Shown here: positions 1 through 12,090 of the stretch, piece by piece
Numbering within the stretch: position 1 is the stretch's first letter
Layout of the letters: each line of letters begins with the position of its first letter
Assembly: GCA_028534125.1 (NCBI GenBank)
Contig: CM052817.1
Coordinates: 99,016,001-99,080,000 of the forward strand
From: Lama glama
Lineage: Eukaryota
DNA: 64,000 nucleotides
Direction: 5' to 3'
Translations under genes and position numbers: made by a program
The notes under the pieces: generated by a model
What the model was told of the DNA's origin: nothing
Databases searched by the model: none
Seen by the model: the letters and a program-made list of their open reading frames with translations, nothing else

Positions 1-842
1 ATGCTGAACTCAACTGAGGTTCACCAACGTGTAACCAAATACATAAGTATATATACTACCTGAATTTTACTATGCATGATAGTGACATTCAAATTATACA
101 GCAGAATTCCATTTTAATCCTAAAAGCATCTTTCTAAAACTCATGCTTTGATATAATACCAAATATTACAGCTCAAAATTATTTCCTTGGACAGATGAAA
201 TTTAGTAATATAGTCAAAGATTATGTCTTTCTAATACTTCTAATGTCCGTTTACAAAGTGAAGTATGTTTTATATTCATCAGAACAGAACATTCAGCTCT
301 GGATAAAAAACATTTTCAGCAATTCCATCAGTGGAAAATGATAAGAAAACAGCACTGACAGAAGACAGATATTAACAATTCACATTTTCTTTGGACTTGC
401 TGACAATAATTTTAACCTGTATCACTTAATTAGGCAGATGTCTTAGAGGCAGGTAACATGGTCAAAATATAGTGTATAATCTCCTAAAATAAAAATGTGA
501 AAGGTTCAATCAGAGGTTATACCACAGTTCCGGATAAGCTGATTGCTTTGATCACAAATCCCAGGGCTTTCAAGGCATAATGACAAGGATTGGTTGTGAC
601 CACACATATGCTTTAGTTTTCTTTATTAAGGTATGATCCTCACTGATATGAATGTGCTCAGCAGTGAGGCTGTGTGACTCTCCTAACAGTCACCAGTTCT
701 ACCTATGGAACTAAAACCTTCACTTCCATAATACCTGGACAGCTGTGACAAATAGTAATCTACCAGTCCAAAGCAAAAAGATAATCAAAACTGAAATCAA
801 AATAAAGATGCTACTTCAGTGATAAATTTTTATTTTATTCTT

Positions 843-1012
843 TTTTAAAAAAATGTATTTATTTATTATTGTATTATTTTATTTATTTATTTATTTTTGA
901 TGGGGTGAGGAGGTAATCAGATTTATTTTTAATAGAAGTACTGGGGATTGAACCCAGCACCTTGTGCATGCTAAGCATGTGCTCTACCACTTGAGCTATA
1001 CTCTCCCCTCAC
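843..1012 (-). mobile_element. Camelid tRNA-Ala-derived SINE (vic-1 type)
   Basis: tRNA-like head (rc ggggagagtatagctcaagtggtagagcacatgcttagcatgcacaaggtgctgggttcaatccccagtac), AT-rich tail, 12-bp TSD tattttattctt at 831-842 and 1013-1024. Confidence 0.88.
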
Positions 1013-1607
1013 TATTTTATTCTTACTAAAATATGAAATCCTGACAAGTCAAATATAAGCATGATAACAAGGTAACTAATTTAATGTATACTGCTTGGGG
1101 ACACTGATGGTAAAAAAAGAAAAAGCAAAATTGTAGTTTTTTACATTGGAAAAATTATATATTTTATGAAGAAAAAATTCAAAGTAAGCTTTCTTAGTGA
1201 AGAAAAACAAATTGATGAACAACGTATTATTTTTAAAAGTACATGTTCTGATACATATTAACTTTCAAGGATTTATTGTGTTAGCCCACAAATGAGAAAA
1301 ACTTAAAAAACTGATCAGAGTTGAATTGAACCTTTAAGTCATTTTAAATGGACTGCATATCTGAATGTTTTCAAATGGATGTTTAAATTTAGTTTGTCCT
1401 TATTCAGTAGATACAATACTTTTTTACTTTAGTAAAAGAAATATTAATAGCAATTTTTAAATTGGAGAAGAAAAAATACCTGATAATCTTTCCAGACAGA
1501 TACAATTAATATTGTGTGGTTTTAGATATTAAAGTTTCACTTCAAATTAAAAATAAAGAAAAATCACAGATTACAAACCAACAGACAATAAATAATCTAT
1601 CTCAATC

Positions 1608-1795
1608 TAATATAGTGGAATCAATAACTGGGTTTGAGTCTTATCTATTCAACTCACTGGTTAATTTAATTTTTCTGACCCCTACTCACTTCAATTGCCA
1701 TTTCTAAAACATAGGGTTGTTGTGAGGCTAATATGAGATAATACAGAATTCAATACGAACACAAGATCTTATTATTATTACTGTTATTGGTATTA
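1608..1795 (+). mobile_element. MIR remnant
   Basis: ctgggtttgagtc and atagggttgttgtgaggctaatatgagataatac resemble the MIR core. Confidence 0.6.
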
Positions 1796-1839
1796 TCATT
1801 AATGTGGCCCCTCGAATTAGAGACTCAACTTGCGTGATT

Positions 1840-1965
1840 CTTTTTGGGGGAGGGGGTGGCGAATCATGTTTATTTCTTTCTTTCTAGAAGGAGAACTGGG
1901 GATTGAACCCAGGACCTCATGCATATTAAGCATGTGGTCTGTCACTTTAGCTATACCCTCCCCTC
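1840..1965 (-). mobile_element. Camelid tRNA-Ala-derived SINE (vic-1 type)
   Basis: tRNA-like head with A/B boxes; TSD caacttgc(g/c)tgatt at 1826-1839 and 1966-1979. Confidence 0.85.
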
Positions 1966-2940
1966 CAACTTGCCTGATTTTTAAAGCCAAAAGGTCATTC
2001 ATTGGCTATGACTATTCATTTAACATAATCCTAAGGGCATTTTAACAAAATTTACTTGTAAAAATAAGTATGTTCACAAAAATATTTGAGACTCAATAAT
2101 TCCTACTAAATAACTATCACAGTTAAAACAAATTTGTTTATTTTTATTAGCAATGACAGTACAGCTTAACATGCCTCACTTTACGAGGCGTACTCTCAAT
2201 ATTTTATAGTTCTCTCCTGCTTTCAACATTTTTTTTCCTTCTATATTTAGACCGGACATTTTCACTGAGCCTTTTGCTGTTCTAGCACCCTATCTTTAAG
2301 AAATTGTAATTCAGGAAGAGATAATGGACATTACTAATGGAAATAACAGGTAAGCTCTGACTGTCAGAAGAGAAGATGTAAATGAATGCCCACCTGAAGT
2401 CCTTTCTGGAACAAGTTGTAAAATATACATATATTGCTATGAGTATAGGGGACAACAATTAATATCAGAGTCTATCAATATATGAATGAACAGCCTACAT
2501 TTGTCAACTAAACAAAAATATCATAAGATCACCAGTGATAAAATAAGTCACAGCTGGTGTGTGTACATTTTTATAATTCAGGAAAATAGGAACATTTTCT
2601 AAGTGACTTAGAAAAACTTTTTTCCCGGTATATAAATAACATAAGAAGAAAAATATTCAGTGTTTCAAGTGATTTTTCTTAAAGAACAACAAAAAAATGG
2701 TTCATTGTAGACTTACGAGTACGAAGTTCAATGCTTAAAAAAAATTAGCAAAGGAGTATATCATTTAACCTACTAATGTATGAAGAAGAAAAAGGTTAAA
2801 GAGATGTGGTTAAATTAACAAATCTATAAGTCATGTATAAGTTATGTACAAAAACAAGGATAAACACATATGTGGTTCAGCTAGAGTGTGTTTTACACCG
2901 TTAAGAGGTGAGACAGCTTGAGTTCACTGTAATGTGGATG

Positions 2941-3121
2941 TGAGAGTGAGAGAGAGAGACTGGGAAAGAAGGACTGGCAAAAAAATGAGAGAGAGAGGGA
3001 GAGGAAGAGAGAGAAAGAAGAAAGGGGGAGAACGAAGAGAAGGTAAGTGAGAGGAGAAGGGCGAGGGAGAGACGTAGGCAAAGAGGGTGTGAGGGAGGGA
3101 GGGAAGAAGGAAGGAAGGGAC
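2941..3121. repeat. GA-rich low-complexity purine tract (~180 bp)
   Basis: Almost exclusively G/A on the + strand. Confidence 0.9.
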
Positions 3122-4152
3122 TGAGTACACATGCCAGAAATTTGCAAAGGATGTACAGAAAAGGGTAAAATTTTAATTGTACTTTCTTTTAGCATTTTAC
3201 AAATTCTGAATTATTTAAAATTTTGTTTGAAATAGGAAGAATAAATGAAGAAAAAACCCTATCTTAAGCCTTTTTTAAACAAATGCATCCAGAAATAAAT
3301 TTCCAGCAATTACGTTCTATTAACTGTAGCTAAACAGTTTCTTACAAATGGCCCTAATGCTGATGCTATCAGCATCCACGACTGTATTGTGCTAGGAAGC
3401 ATGCTGATAGAGGAAAAAGGATCCCAACTTATCTTCTGGTTACAGACCCCTGGGATTTCCGAAGTGGCAGAGGGCAAGTCAAAGGTCTCATGTTTTACAA
3501 ATCTCGCAAGACACAAATAAAACTATTCTATGATCATCTCTATTTTGTATTATTCTTTTTAACAGACATGTGTACACTCAGTACCTTTAAGGGTTAATTT
3601 TTAAAGCTAAAACTCATTCTTGTAATATTACTGATAGTCATTTATTTTAGAAACCTTATTTAGTAATCCCTAGGATTTAATTGCACTCGATTTACTTAAT
3701 TGTAAATATGGAATACACTGTATCGGCCCTACTGATTTTTATAACTTAATACACATTTCACAATCTAATAATACATAATAAACTATAAAAGGTTTTTAAA
3801 CTGAATATCCAAAATATGACCAATGACAGGATGTCCCTATGGACCTCTTTTGTAAAGCTGTATAAGTAAGATCTTAATGTGTCTTAACTATAAAAATGTA
3901 GAAGATTAAAGCATTAACAACTCGTGGTCAGTAGGTGACATTCAGCTGTGAGCTCTTGTGGAGACAGAAGCTCATTCCACATAAGATGAGATGTTAGTAG
4001 CCTCATCTCATGTGGAGAACATACCTGTTGGGTTTTGCTGTGCCCTTCTGGCTGGGATGGCCATATACTCTCCTCTTTCTCCTCAAATGACCTTTCTGTT
4101 TTTCCCAGGCTCTTTCACTGACTCCTCTTTTCCTGACATCTTTAAATCTATG

Positions 4153-5525
4153 CATTCATTCAACCAATCAATATTTACTGAGTTCTAACTAAATGCAAGG
4201 CACTGTTCTGAACGCTGAGGTTACAAAATGAGCAAAACAGAAAGTCCTCACCTTCACAGAGTTCTAGCGGTGGAGACATAAAATAAGTAAATTAATATAT
4301 GTATCATGTCAAATACTGGCAAGTATTATGTTAAAAAATAAAAGAAAATAAAGGGATAGAGAGGGATGGGGGTTGGGTGATGCTGCTTTTGAGAGGATAC
4401 CCAGGAAGTCCACTCTGAGGAGGTGACCATTTTGGGCAGAGACTTGAATGAAAAAAATGGAATGAGTGAAGCAAACATCTGGGGGAGACTGAGTCAGGCA
4501 AAAAGAACATTATATAGAAAGCCACCAAAAGAAGGATAGGCTTGGCATTTTTGAAGAGGAACCACAGCAGAAGTAAGTGAGGCTGAAGGAGGGTAAGAGA
4601 GCTGGGGAGTCAGAGGCAACCAGACAACGAAGGGCTTCCGGGGCTGCAGTAGGAACCCGCATTCTGTTCTGAGTTAGATGAATAATCGCTGGCTGGGTCT
4701 GAGCTCAGGGATATGAGGTCATCTTTATAATATCTTGCTGCTGCATGGAGAAAACAGCACAGGGGGAACAGGTGAAGTGAGAACATACAGCCACTTGGGT
4801 TAGGACTCTCGTGATGAATGTGGTGATAACTGGTCCGATTCTGAATAGATTCTGAAGGTTGACAAGATGACCAGTGGGGTGAGTGTCTGAAAGGGAGTCA
4901 TCAGAGTTTAAGCTTTCTAAAGGCCTGAGCGAACTAGCCTAACAGGGCTGTCTTTCACTGAGGTGGCAAAGGCAGGTGTTGATACTTTTTCTTTAGGGTG
5001 GTGAGGAGGGTAAGAGGAGAAATAGAATTTGATACAGAACATGTTCAGTTTAAAATGACTATGAACATACACCCAGCTCAAAGGGAGCAAGACATACAGC
5101 CCTGCAGCTCAGGGGAGAGCCATGGAGTAAGCTGTGCTCACCTAGGGAGCAAGTGCTGATACAGAAAAGATCTAAAGACTAAGGCCAAAGGAACTCCAAT
5201 AATTTAGGGTTGGAAAACAAGAGAATCTAGTAAAGAAGACTGAAAAAAAAGGTAAGGAGATAGCCAGAAGAGGGTGGCTCTTTATTCCAGAAACCAAGTA
5301 AAGAATATGTTACTGGAAAAATGGATCAATTGTGTCAATAATGCTGACAGATCAAGTACCACGAGAAGTGAAAATCTGCATTTGACAACACAGAAGCTGT
5401 TCAACAATGACTGTGACAAGACTAATTTCGATGATGTGGTGGAGAAGAAAGCTTGACTGAGTGGGCTTGGGGGATGATGGGCACTGAAGAAGTGGAGAAC
5501 AAGAGACCAGACAACTGTTTTGAGG
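4153..5525 (-). mobile_element. L2 (L2a-like) fragment
   Basis: Begins with the rc of the L2 3' tail (attcattcaaccaatcaatatttactgag...caaggcactgttct), followed by typical purine-rich L2 body. Confidence 0.75.
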
Positions 5526-5559
5526 CTCCAAGATAATACTCCTTCTTACCCTACATGTC

Positions 5560-8035
5560 TGACACTATTCTGAATTTTCAACTAGTAGGCAATAGTATCT
5601 TGGTTATTCTGAAAATACATCAATGTGTCAAAAAGCAAATTCAGACATTTGGTCTACAAATCAGGTTCATTATAGTTCATAGCATCATTATTTATCTAGG
5701 CATCCAAACTATAGAATCACCTTTATGCCTTCCTATTCCTTACAGTCAACCAAGTGCCAAATCCTGGAGCATTACTTTGAACCCATCCCTTGAATTCATC
5801 CCCTTAGCTCTTTAACTAGTTCTTTTCATCTTTACTTTTAACTAACTGTAATAGCCTCCTACCACTTCTCCCTAACTCCAGCTCTCAGTCCTTTTCCGCA
5901 TTCCCTGGATCTACTTTCCATACTGCTGCCAAAACTCTTTCTTTTTGTAACAGAGTCAATCAATAAGTGGAACTCCTGCTAAAACATCTTATATGGATCC
6001 TCACTGCCTAGAGTGGGAGACAGGAAGATAAAGCCCATGGGCCAAAAGCCTGCCACTCATTTTTGTAAATGCAATTTTACTGGAACACAGGCACATTTAT
6101 TTGTCTACATATTGTCTGTGGCCACTTTCATGCTACAGTGATAGAACTGAGTAGCTGTGATAAGAGACTGAAAGGACTGCAGACAGAGTTTATCTTTAGA
6201 CTATTACTGAGGGTCTTCATACGAGATCACAATTGCCTTTCAGTGTCTTTCCTTCCCTATGTTTCCTACACACCAAACACATAAGACCAATTAGTAGACC
6301 AAGAAGCATTCCCCAATGTGCCAAGCATTTTCTCTGAATTTTGCTCATGTCATTTTGCGTGCTAGGCATACTCTTCTATATTTCATCAAAGCATTAATTT
6401 AAAAAACATTTAATTTAATGCCTACCACATTCCACACCCTGTTTTAAGCTCTAGGGATTAAATCAATGAAGAAAACAATCCCAAATTCATGCTCTCATGG
6501 AGCTAATGTTCCCCAGGATAAGACATCAATAATAAACAAATGAATAAAGACGTGTATGTCAGATGGTGAGTGACGTGAAGAAAAATGAAATTGAGGAGTG
6601 AGTTAAAATCATGAGGTGAGGGATGTAACTTTAAAGAGAAAGGACAGAGAAGGTCTTACTAAGAAGGTGACATCTGAACAAAGACTTGAAATGGGCAACG
6701 GAATGGATCCATAAGGGTGTCTGTAGGAATTTCTCAGGGAAAAGGAAAAGGAAAGGCCCTAAGGTGGGAAGGTATCTGGAATATATGAGGAACACCAAGG
6801 CGGTCCTGTTTATCCAGAACAGAATGAGCAAGGAGGCAAACAGTACAAGAGGTCAAGAGGTAACGGGATTTTGAAGGGGAGGGGTCGTCGCTGTGGGGTC
6901 TTGCACTGTAAGGACTTAAGCTTTTACCCTAAACCGGGAAACCCTTTACTACGAAGGAAAGACTGGGAAAAGAGCAGCTTTGAAGCAATAAAGATCAGGA
7001 ATTTAGGTTTGAACATGTTCAACTTGAGATGTTTCATATATTCAAATAGAGATGATGAGGAAGGAGTCAGCAGGAGAAACGGACATGCTAGAGAAGTAGA
7101 TCGGAAAGGTTTAAATTCCTTTGCAGCGTTTAAGATCCTACTCAAAAACCACTTACTCTGTGAAGTATTTGCAACTCCACTTCTTCCAGACAGAATTAAT
7201 TTCATTTTGTTTATATCTTATTATAGCACTTGTCACTGTCTAACATGTATTAAAAATAGTTTTATGTATACCCGTCATTCTCACCTGGAAATGTGTAAAG
7301 AACTGTGTTTATTTCAGCCTTTTAACCCCAAGTGCTCTGTACCATATACTACATATGATAAAATAATCAATAAATGCTGGCTGGCTTAACTGAACGTGCT
7401 TTGGGGGGTTTAACTCACCTGTCACAGGAAGTTTTCTGCAGAGATCCCTATGCTCCAACTAAATTTGCTCTTCTTCCTTGTTCTGTACATACATGTCCAA
7501 GTCAAAAGTAATTTCTCTTTCACCTTATAAGACAAACTGATCACCAAATCCTAACAGTGCTTACCTTCTAAATAAGTCTTAAACTCATCCACATTTCTCT
7601 AGTACTAGTGCCCCTACCAAGTCTAAGCCTCCACTGTCTCTCACCTATTTATTTACCTGAACAGCTTACTGATTGCTTCCATTCTTGCTCGCAGTGTAAA
7701 ACGTATTCAAACACCAACCACAGGGAGCACTTAAAACCACAAAATCTCCTCTGCTTCGACTTTTCCAATGTCTCCCTAGTGCCCCAGGATAAAGTCCACC
7801 CTTCTTCTCAAAGCTCATAAGCCACCTCCTCACAGGCCCTGGATCTCCTCTCTTCTCTTCCTTCTTCTCATTTCCATCCTGTATCTGCGAGCCACAGAGG
7901 CTTTATTAGATGGAAGTGCTGGGATGATTTTACTGTCAGTATCTCCCCTAGTGCGAAAGTCCACTGAAGGCAACACTCTGTCTCGTCTGGTGCTGTACCA
8001 CAATCATTGCCTGACTGTGCAGAGACTCAATTAAA
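5560..8035. mobile_element. Cluster of L2 fragments in both orientations (+ ~5560-6390, - ~6395-7065, + ~7110-7385, + ~7500-8035)
   Basis: L2 motifs such as actgtaatagcctcct, tgctctcatggagcta, gaaggtgacatctgaacaaagacttgaa, tcaataaatgctggctg. Confidence 0.6.
6011..6205 (+). mobile_element. MER58A-like hAT-Charlie MITE
   Basis: gcccatgggccaaa...tttttgtaaatgcaattttactggaacacaggcac...tgtctgtggccactttcatgctacagtgatagaactgagtagctgtga matches the MER58 core as recalled. Confidence 0.75.
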
Positions 8036-8294
8036 ATAAAAAATGTAAAAATTACATGCTATCTTGGAAACCTGCCAAACTTTTTATTCTAAGTTTACTT
8101 TTAGCACAAATTACTTTAAAATACATCTTTGTTCTAAATTCTGAGCTTCCAGAGAAGTATGTTTCTCTAATAATCTCCATTTTAGATCCATTTACGACTG
8201 CCCCCATTCTAAAAATAATGAACCTAGGTGACATTTATGACTCCTTCCACCCTCCAATCCTGATTTGTTAATCACTTCTATAGGAGAGAAGAAA

Positions 8295-8495
8295 GAGTTT
8301 AAACTGCAGCAAATCAGACTGTACTTAATCATGAGATTAAATTAATTGACACTAAGGGTATATGAAATGAGCATGCTGCCTCAAAAGAGGGGTGGGAAAT
8401 CAGTGACAATGGATTGCCTAGAAAAGCTTAGATATTTGCCTAATATTTAGATATGATCACCTCGTGAAATTCATTCAAGCTTTATGAGTCTGATT
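8295..8495 (+). mobile_element. CR1/L3 3' end remnant
   Basis: aaactgcagcaa...ctgcctcaaaagaggggtgggaaatc...atgatcacctcgtgaaattcattcaagctttatgagtctga resembles a degenerate CR1 terminus. Confidence 0.4.
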
Positions 8496-8823
8496 TGTTC
8501 CACAAAATTCTGTTATAATGGTTCAGGCTGAAGACAGTAATCTATTTTGTGCCTCAGTCTCTAAACTTAAGTGATTTTTTTTAAGACTTAAACACAGACT
8601 CTGCTGGGGAATTTTAAAATATTATTTATCACAGTGATGATTCTCCAACCCAATTTTAACATGTTCTATTTCAGTCCTCAAGACTACCTACTATTGCTAC
8701 TACCTGTCAGTTCGTATTGAGATGCAGTGCAACATCAGGAACATCGCTGCTCAGAGGGGATGAAGGCATTTTCCTCTCCATAAGCAGAAAGCTATCCTTT
8801 GATGCCAAAACAATGCCCTCAGT

Positions 8824-9151
8824 CTGCACTGCCCAGTACAGAAGCCATTAGCCAGAAGTGGCTAGTAAACACTTGAAATGTGGCTAGTTTGAGATGAGAT
8901 GTGTGATAAATATAAAATATACACCAGATCTCAAAGACTTAGTGCAAGAAAAACATAAAATATCTAATGAATAATTTTATATTGACTACATGTTGAAATA
9001 GAAATATTTTGGATACATCAGGTTAAATATATTCTTAAAATAAATTTCAAATGGTCCTTCTGAGTTTTAAAAATGTGACTACAAGGAAAGTGAACATTAC
9101 CCATGTGGCTCAGAATTATGGTTTACATTTACATTTCTATTGAACAGTATG
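8824..9151 (-). mobile_element. MER33 hAT-Charlie MITE
   Basis: Near full-length match to recalled MER33 (cacttgaaatgtggctagt...tacaccagat.tcaaagacttagt...acatgttgaaata...catttctattgaacag). Confidence 0.82.
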
Positions 9152-9591
9152 GTAAGCGTACTTGGAGGACTGATCAGCACTTTTGAAGTGTTTATCCAGA
9201 CAGAATAAAAAGCATCACTGAGGGTCATATCTGAAACGGAACCACCAATGGTGCATGGAAATAAAAATGATCCCCCCCAATTTTTAAATGGTAAATCATG
9301 CTAAAAATAAAAGACCATTTTGCTAAAATCTAGTAACATCTTTCTTCTCTGAAATAAAAACAATTCATATTTTAACTTTTATTTCATAGAAATAAGCTTT
9401 TTTTAATAGACTGTAAAGTATAAACCCTAGAAGTAACATACAAATATCATTATATCAAGTTTTTGAAAAGTATTGTATAATAACATAAACATTAGTAATG
9501 CAGCTTTCCCTTTTTTGAGCCCTAATACTTCTCATATGGTACTTATCATTTTCTCCCTTATAGTATAATTATTTACAAGTCATATTTCTTT

Positions 9592-9618
9592 TTTACTGAA
9601 GCATAGTTGATTTAATAG
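9592..9618 (-). mobile_element. Extremely 5'-truncated L1 (27 bp of 3' terminus)
   Basis: tttactgaagcatagttgattta resembles the rc of the cetartiodactyl L1 end; perfect 13-bp TSD gtcatatttcttt at 9579-9591 and 9619-9631. Confidence 0.65.
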
Positions 9619-9817
9619 GTCATATTTCTTTATGAGACCATAAAGAACTTCACAATCATAGGCATATCTTGTTATACACAACAGCGTGTAAACTGTACTT
9701 CTGAGGGTGGAAGTAAAAGTTTAGTAACGATTATATTAGCTACTGTGCAAAGTTTTTGAACTTTACAGTACTGAACACCCAAAGAGAGAGAACTCGTTCA
9801 TCAATAGTAATGCAATT

Positions 9818-9916
9818 TTTTCTTTTTTCTTCCAGTCTTTTTGAGATATAATGGACAAAGAGCACTGTATAAGTTTAGGGTATACAGCCTAACGATTTGA
9901 CTTACATATATCATGA
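9818..9916 (-). mobile_element. 5'-truncated L1 3' tail (~100 bp)
   Basis: T-rich tail then ttgagatataatggaca...actgtataagtttagggtatacagc; TSD aatagtaa(t/c)gcaatt at 9803-9817 and 9917-9931. Confidence 0.78.
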
Positions 9917-10007
9917 AATAGTAACGCAATTCTATACCGAGCAGAGACAGATATTCAATTAGAATCAGCAACAGGTAAAAGATGATTGTCTTACGAATAG
10001 AGAAATG

Positions 10008-10392
10008 GGCATTCTAAGTGAAGTAAGCCAGAAAGAGAAAGACAAATACCATATGATATCACTTATATGTGGTATCTAAAAAAAGACAAATTAACTTATT
10101 TACAAAACAGCAACAGACTCACAGACAGAAAACAAACTTATGGTTACCAGGGGGAAGAGGGTGGGAAGGGATAAACTGGGAGTCTGAGATTTGTAGATAC
10201 TGACTAATATATATAAAATGGATAAACAAGTTTATACTGTATAGCACAGGGAACTATATTCAATATCGTGTAGTAACTTATAGTGAAAAAGAACATGAAA
10301 ATGAATATATGTATATTCATGGATGACTGAAGCATTGTGCTGTACACCAGAAATTGACACAACATTGTAAACTGACTATACCTCAAAAAAAA
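10008..10392 (+). mobile_element. Young camelid/cetartiodactyl L1 3' UTR, 5'-truncated
   Basis: ctaagtgaagtaagccagaaagagaaagacaaataccatatgatatcacttatatgtgg...actgtatagcacagggaactatattcaatatc...poly(A); possible TSD agaaatg at 10001-10007 and 10393-10399. Confidence 0.9.
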
Positions 10393-10570
10393 AGAAATGT
10401 TAAATTAAGTTGAAAGTCTGAAATTTTTCTCTCATTATTTTTGTCTATATTAATTTTATCCATTGAGTTTGAAATTCCATTGAGCACAATGCCTTACATC
10501 CATACTACTATATTTTTGCTTTAAAAAAAAAAGATTTCAAGAAGGAGGGAAAACAACCATTCTGCAACTG

Positions 10571-10660
10571 GAGAGAGAGAGAAGGCAGGGCAAGGATAGA
10601 GAGGGAAGATAGACAGACAGACAGAGACAGACACAGAAGAGAGAGAGAAAGAAAGAGAAA
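10571..10660. repeat. (GA)n/(GACA)n simple repeat
   Basis: gagagagaga...agacagacagacagagacagacacagaagagagagaaagaaagagaaa. Confidence 0.8.
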
Positions 10661-10813
10661 CACTGTATAGTGGTTCTTGGTCATTTAATTAAGGCCTCAT
10701 GCTTTGTGGCTTATCTTTAGTAAATAGGGATGTTTTGCAAAAGGGAAACTGTTAACATTGATTCAAGAAGAAATACACTGGCAATAACAATTGTAAAATG
10801 GAACAGTTTGTAC

Positions 10814-10933
10814 CTTAATATCAGATGTATCACGCTGACTGTTTCGCCAAGCTCTAGAAATTGATGAAAAAGTTCGATCTGCATGGTCAAATTTCCCTCC
10901 TTGCAAATTTAGGAAATAAGTTGTGAAAGGTTC
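10814..10933 (-). CDS. LRBA: LRBA coding exon, BEACH (120 nt): [40 protein letters not shown]
   Basis: Acceptor cttattttttag|GAA, donor AAG|gtacaa; [17 protein letters not shown] motif. Confidence 0.97.
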
Positions 10934-11949
10934 CTAAAAAATAAGCAATTAAAAAGATCATATGTTCTCTCATACATAAAAATGTGGTTTAAAAAATCTT
11001 CATATCTAAATACTTTAATGACTAATAGGCATCGGCCTGCATTACATTCTAGGCATAGACTGGGAATGATACCTAAATTATTACATTAATGTTCTTAAAT
11101 TATTTTTGTTTCAGAAGAAATATTTCCAAAATTTGGTATCTACAACATTTTTCAGACTCTCTTTCTTTCCAAGAACAATTTATTAATAACATTCAGACAT
11201 AAATTGGACAGCATTTTCTTCATAGTACAGGGAAACAGTCCAACATGTAATTTTCCTATTGTTACGGCTCAATATTTAATTTATGATTAAGAAAAGAAAA
11301 ATGTTTGGAAGATTTAAAAGCCTCCTCTTAGTTAAAGAACACTTAAACACGTATTAGTAGATAATTGCTTGAAATTAGCTAAGCACTATAAATTACTTCT
11401 AGGATTTATGTCTGCCTGTACCCTTCTAACAAGCTTTAATTAATGATGTGCTGCTAATGCTTTCCCAAAGAAATTACTTTCTAGTAGATGAATCACCTCT
11501 CAATTTTACAGAAACGTTTCTTGTTTAACCAATATGTTATCAATACACGGCAATCTTGGTGTCACCTACAAACATACCTTACTTCATTTGGGGCAGCTGG
11601 TTTCCAAAATATATGAATATATGTTTGCATTAATAGAATCTTACTTAGTTCTTATTTTAATAGACTACATTTGAAAATAATACATGTTACTATTTAGAGT
11701 CAACCATTTGAAGAGTCCAATTGAAGAAAAAAATTCCCACAATTCCATGTGGAACAGTTTTATGGCTATTCTAGAGGAACATGTTACAAAATACATACTA
11801 AATGGGATAAAGCAATATTTATAATTAGAACCTCAATCATTGAAAAATATTTCACCCTTCAAAAAAGATGCTGATGATTTTTAATCAATGCATATTCTCC
11901 ATAACATTGGATTTACTTATTCATGGCTTATTATTCAAATTGAACTTAC

Positions 11950-12090
11950 TATTCTTAGCAGCCATGCAAGAACAAAACTTGCAGTTGAGTAATGAGTACC
12001 ATAGTGGAACTTTGGAACTTGATCATCTTCCCAGGATTCATAACGCTCTGCAAAGAATGCTGCTCTTTTTGGATTCAAAGCTCCTATTGG
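11950..12090 (-). CDS. LRBA: LRBA coding exon, BEACH (141 nt): [47 protein letters not shown]
   Basis: Acceptor cccctcctcattggcag|CCA, donor ATA|gtaagt; HYGTHYS BEACH motif; contained in ORF 11935..12123. Confidence 0.97.

Noticed and set aside
2893..3195. Ser/Leu/Pro-rich ORFs
   Set aside because: Translation of the GA/TC low-complexity tract
6871..7389. Longest ORF in the track (172 aa)
   Set aside because: Non-ATG start, spans two oppositely oriented L2 fragments, no recognisable domain
10204..10386. ORFs 10204..10386 and 27645..27932 with similar peptides
   Set aside because: Antisense translations of homologous L1 3' UTRs, not a gene family
1..10813. Next LRBA exon (expected ELIPEFYYLPE...)
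   Set aside because: Not found by eye on the minus strand; presumably beyond the left edge
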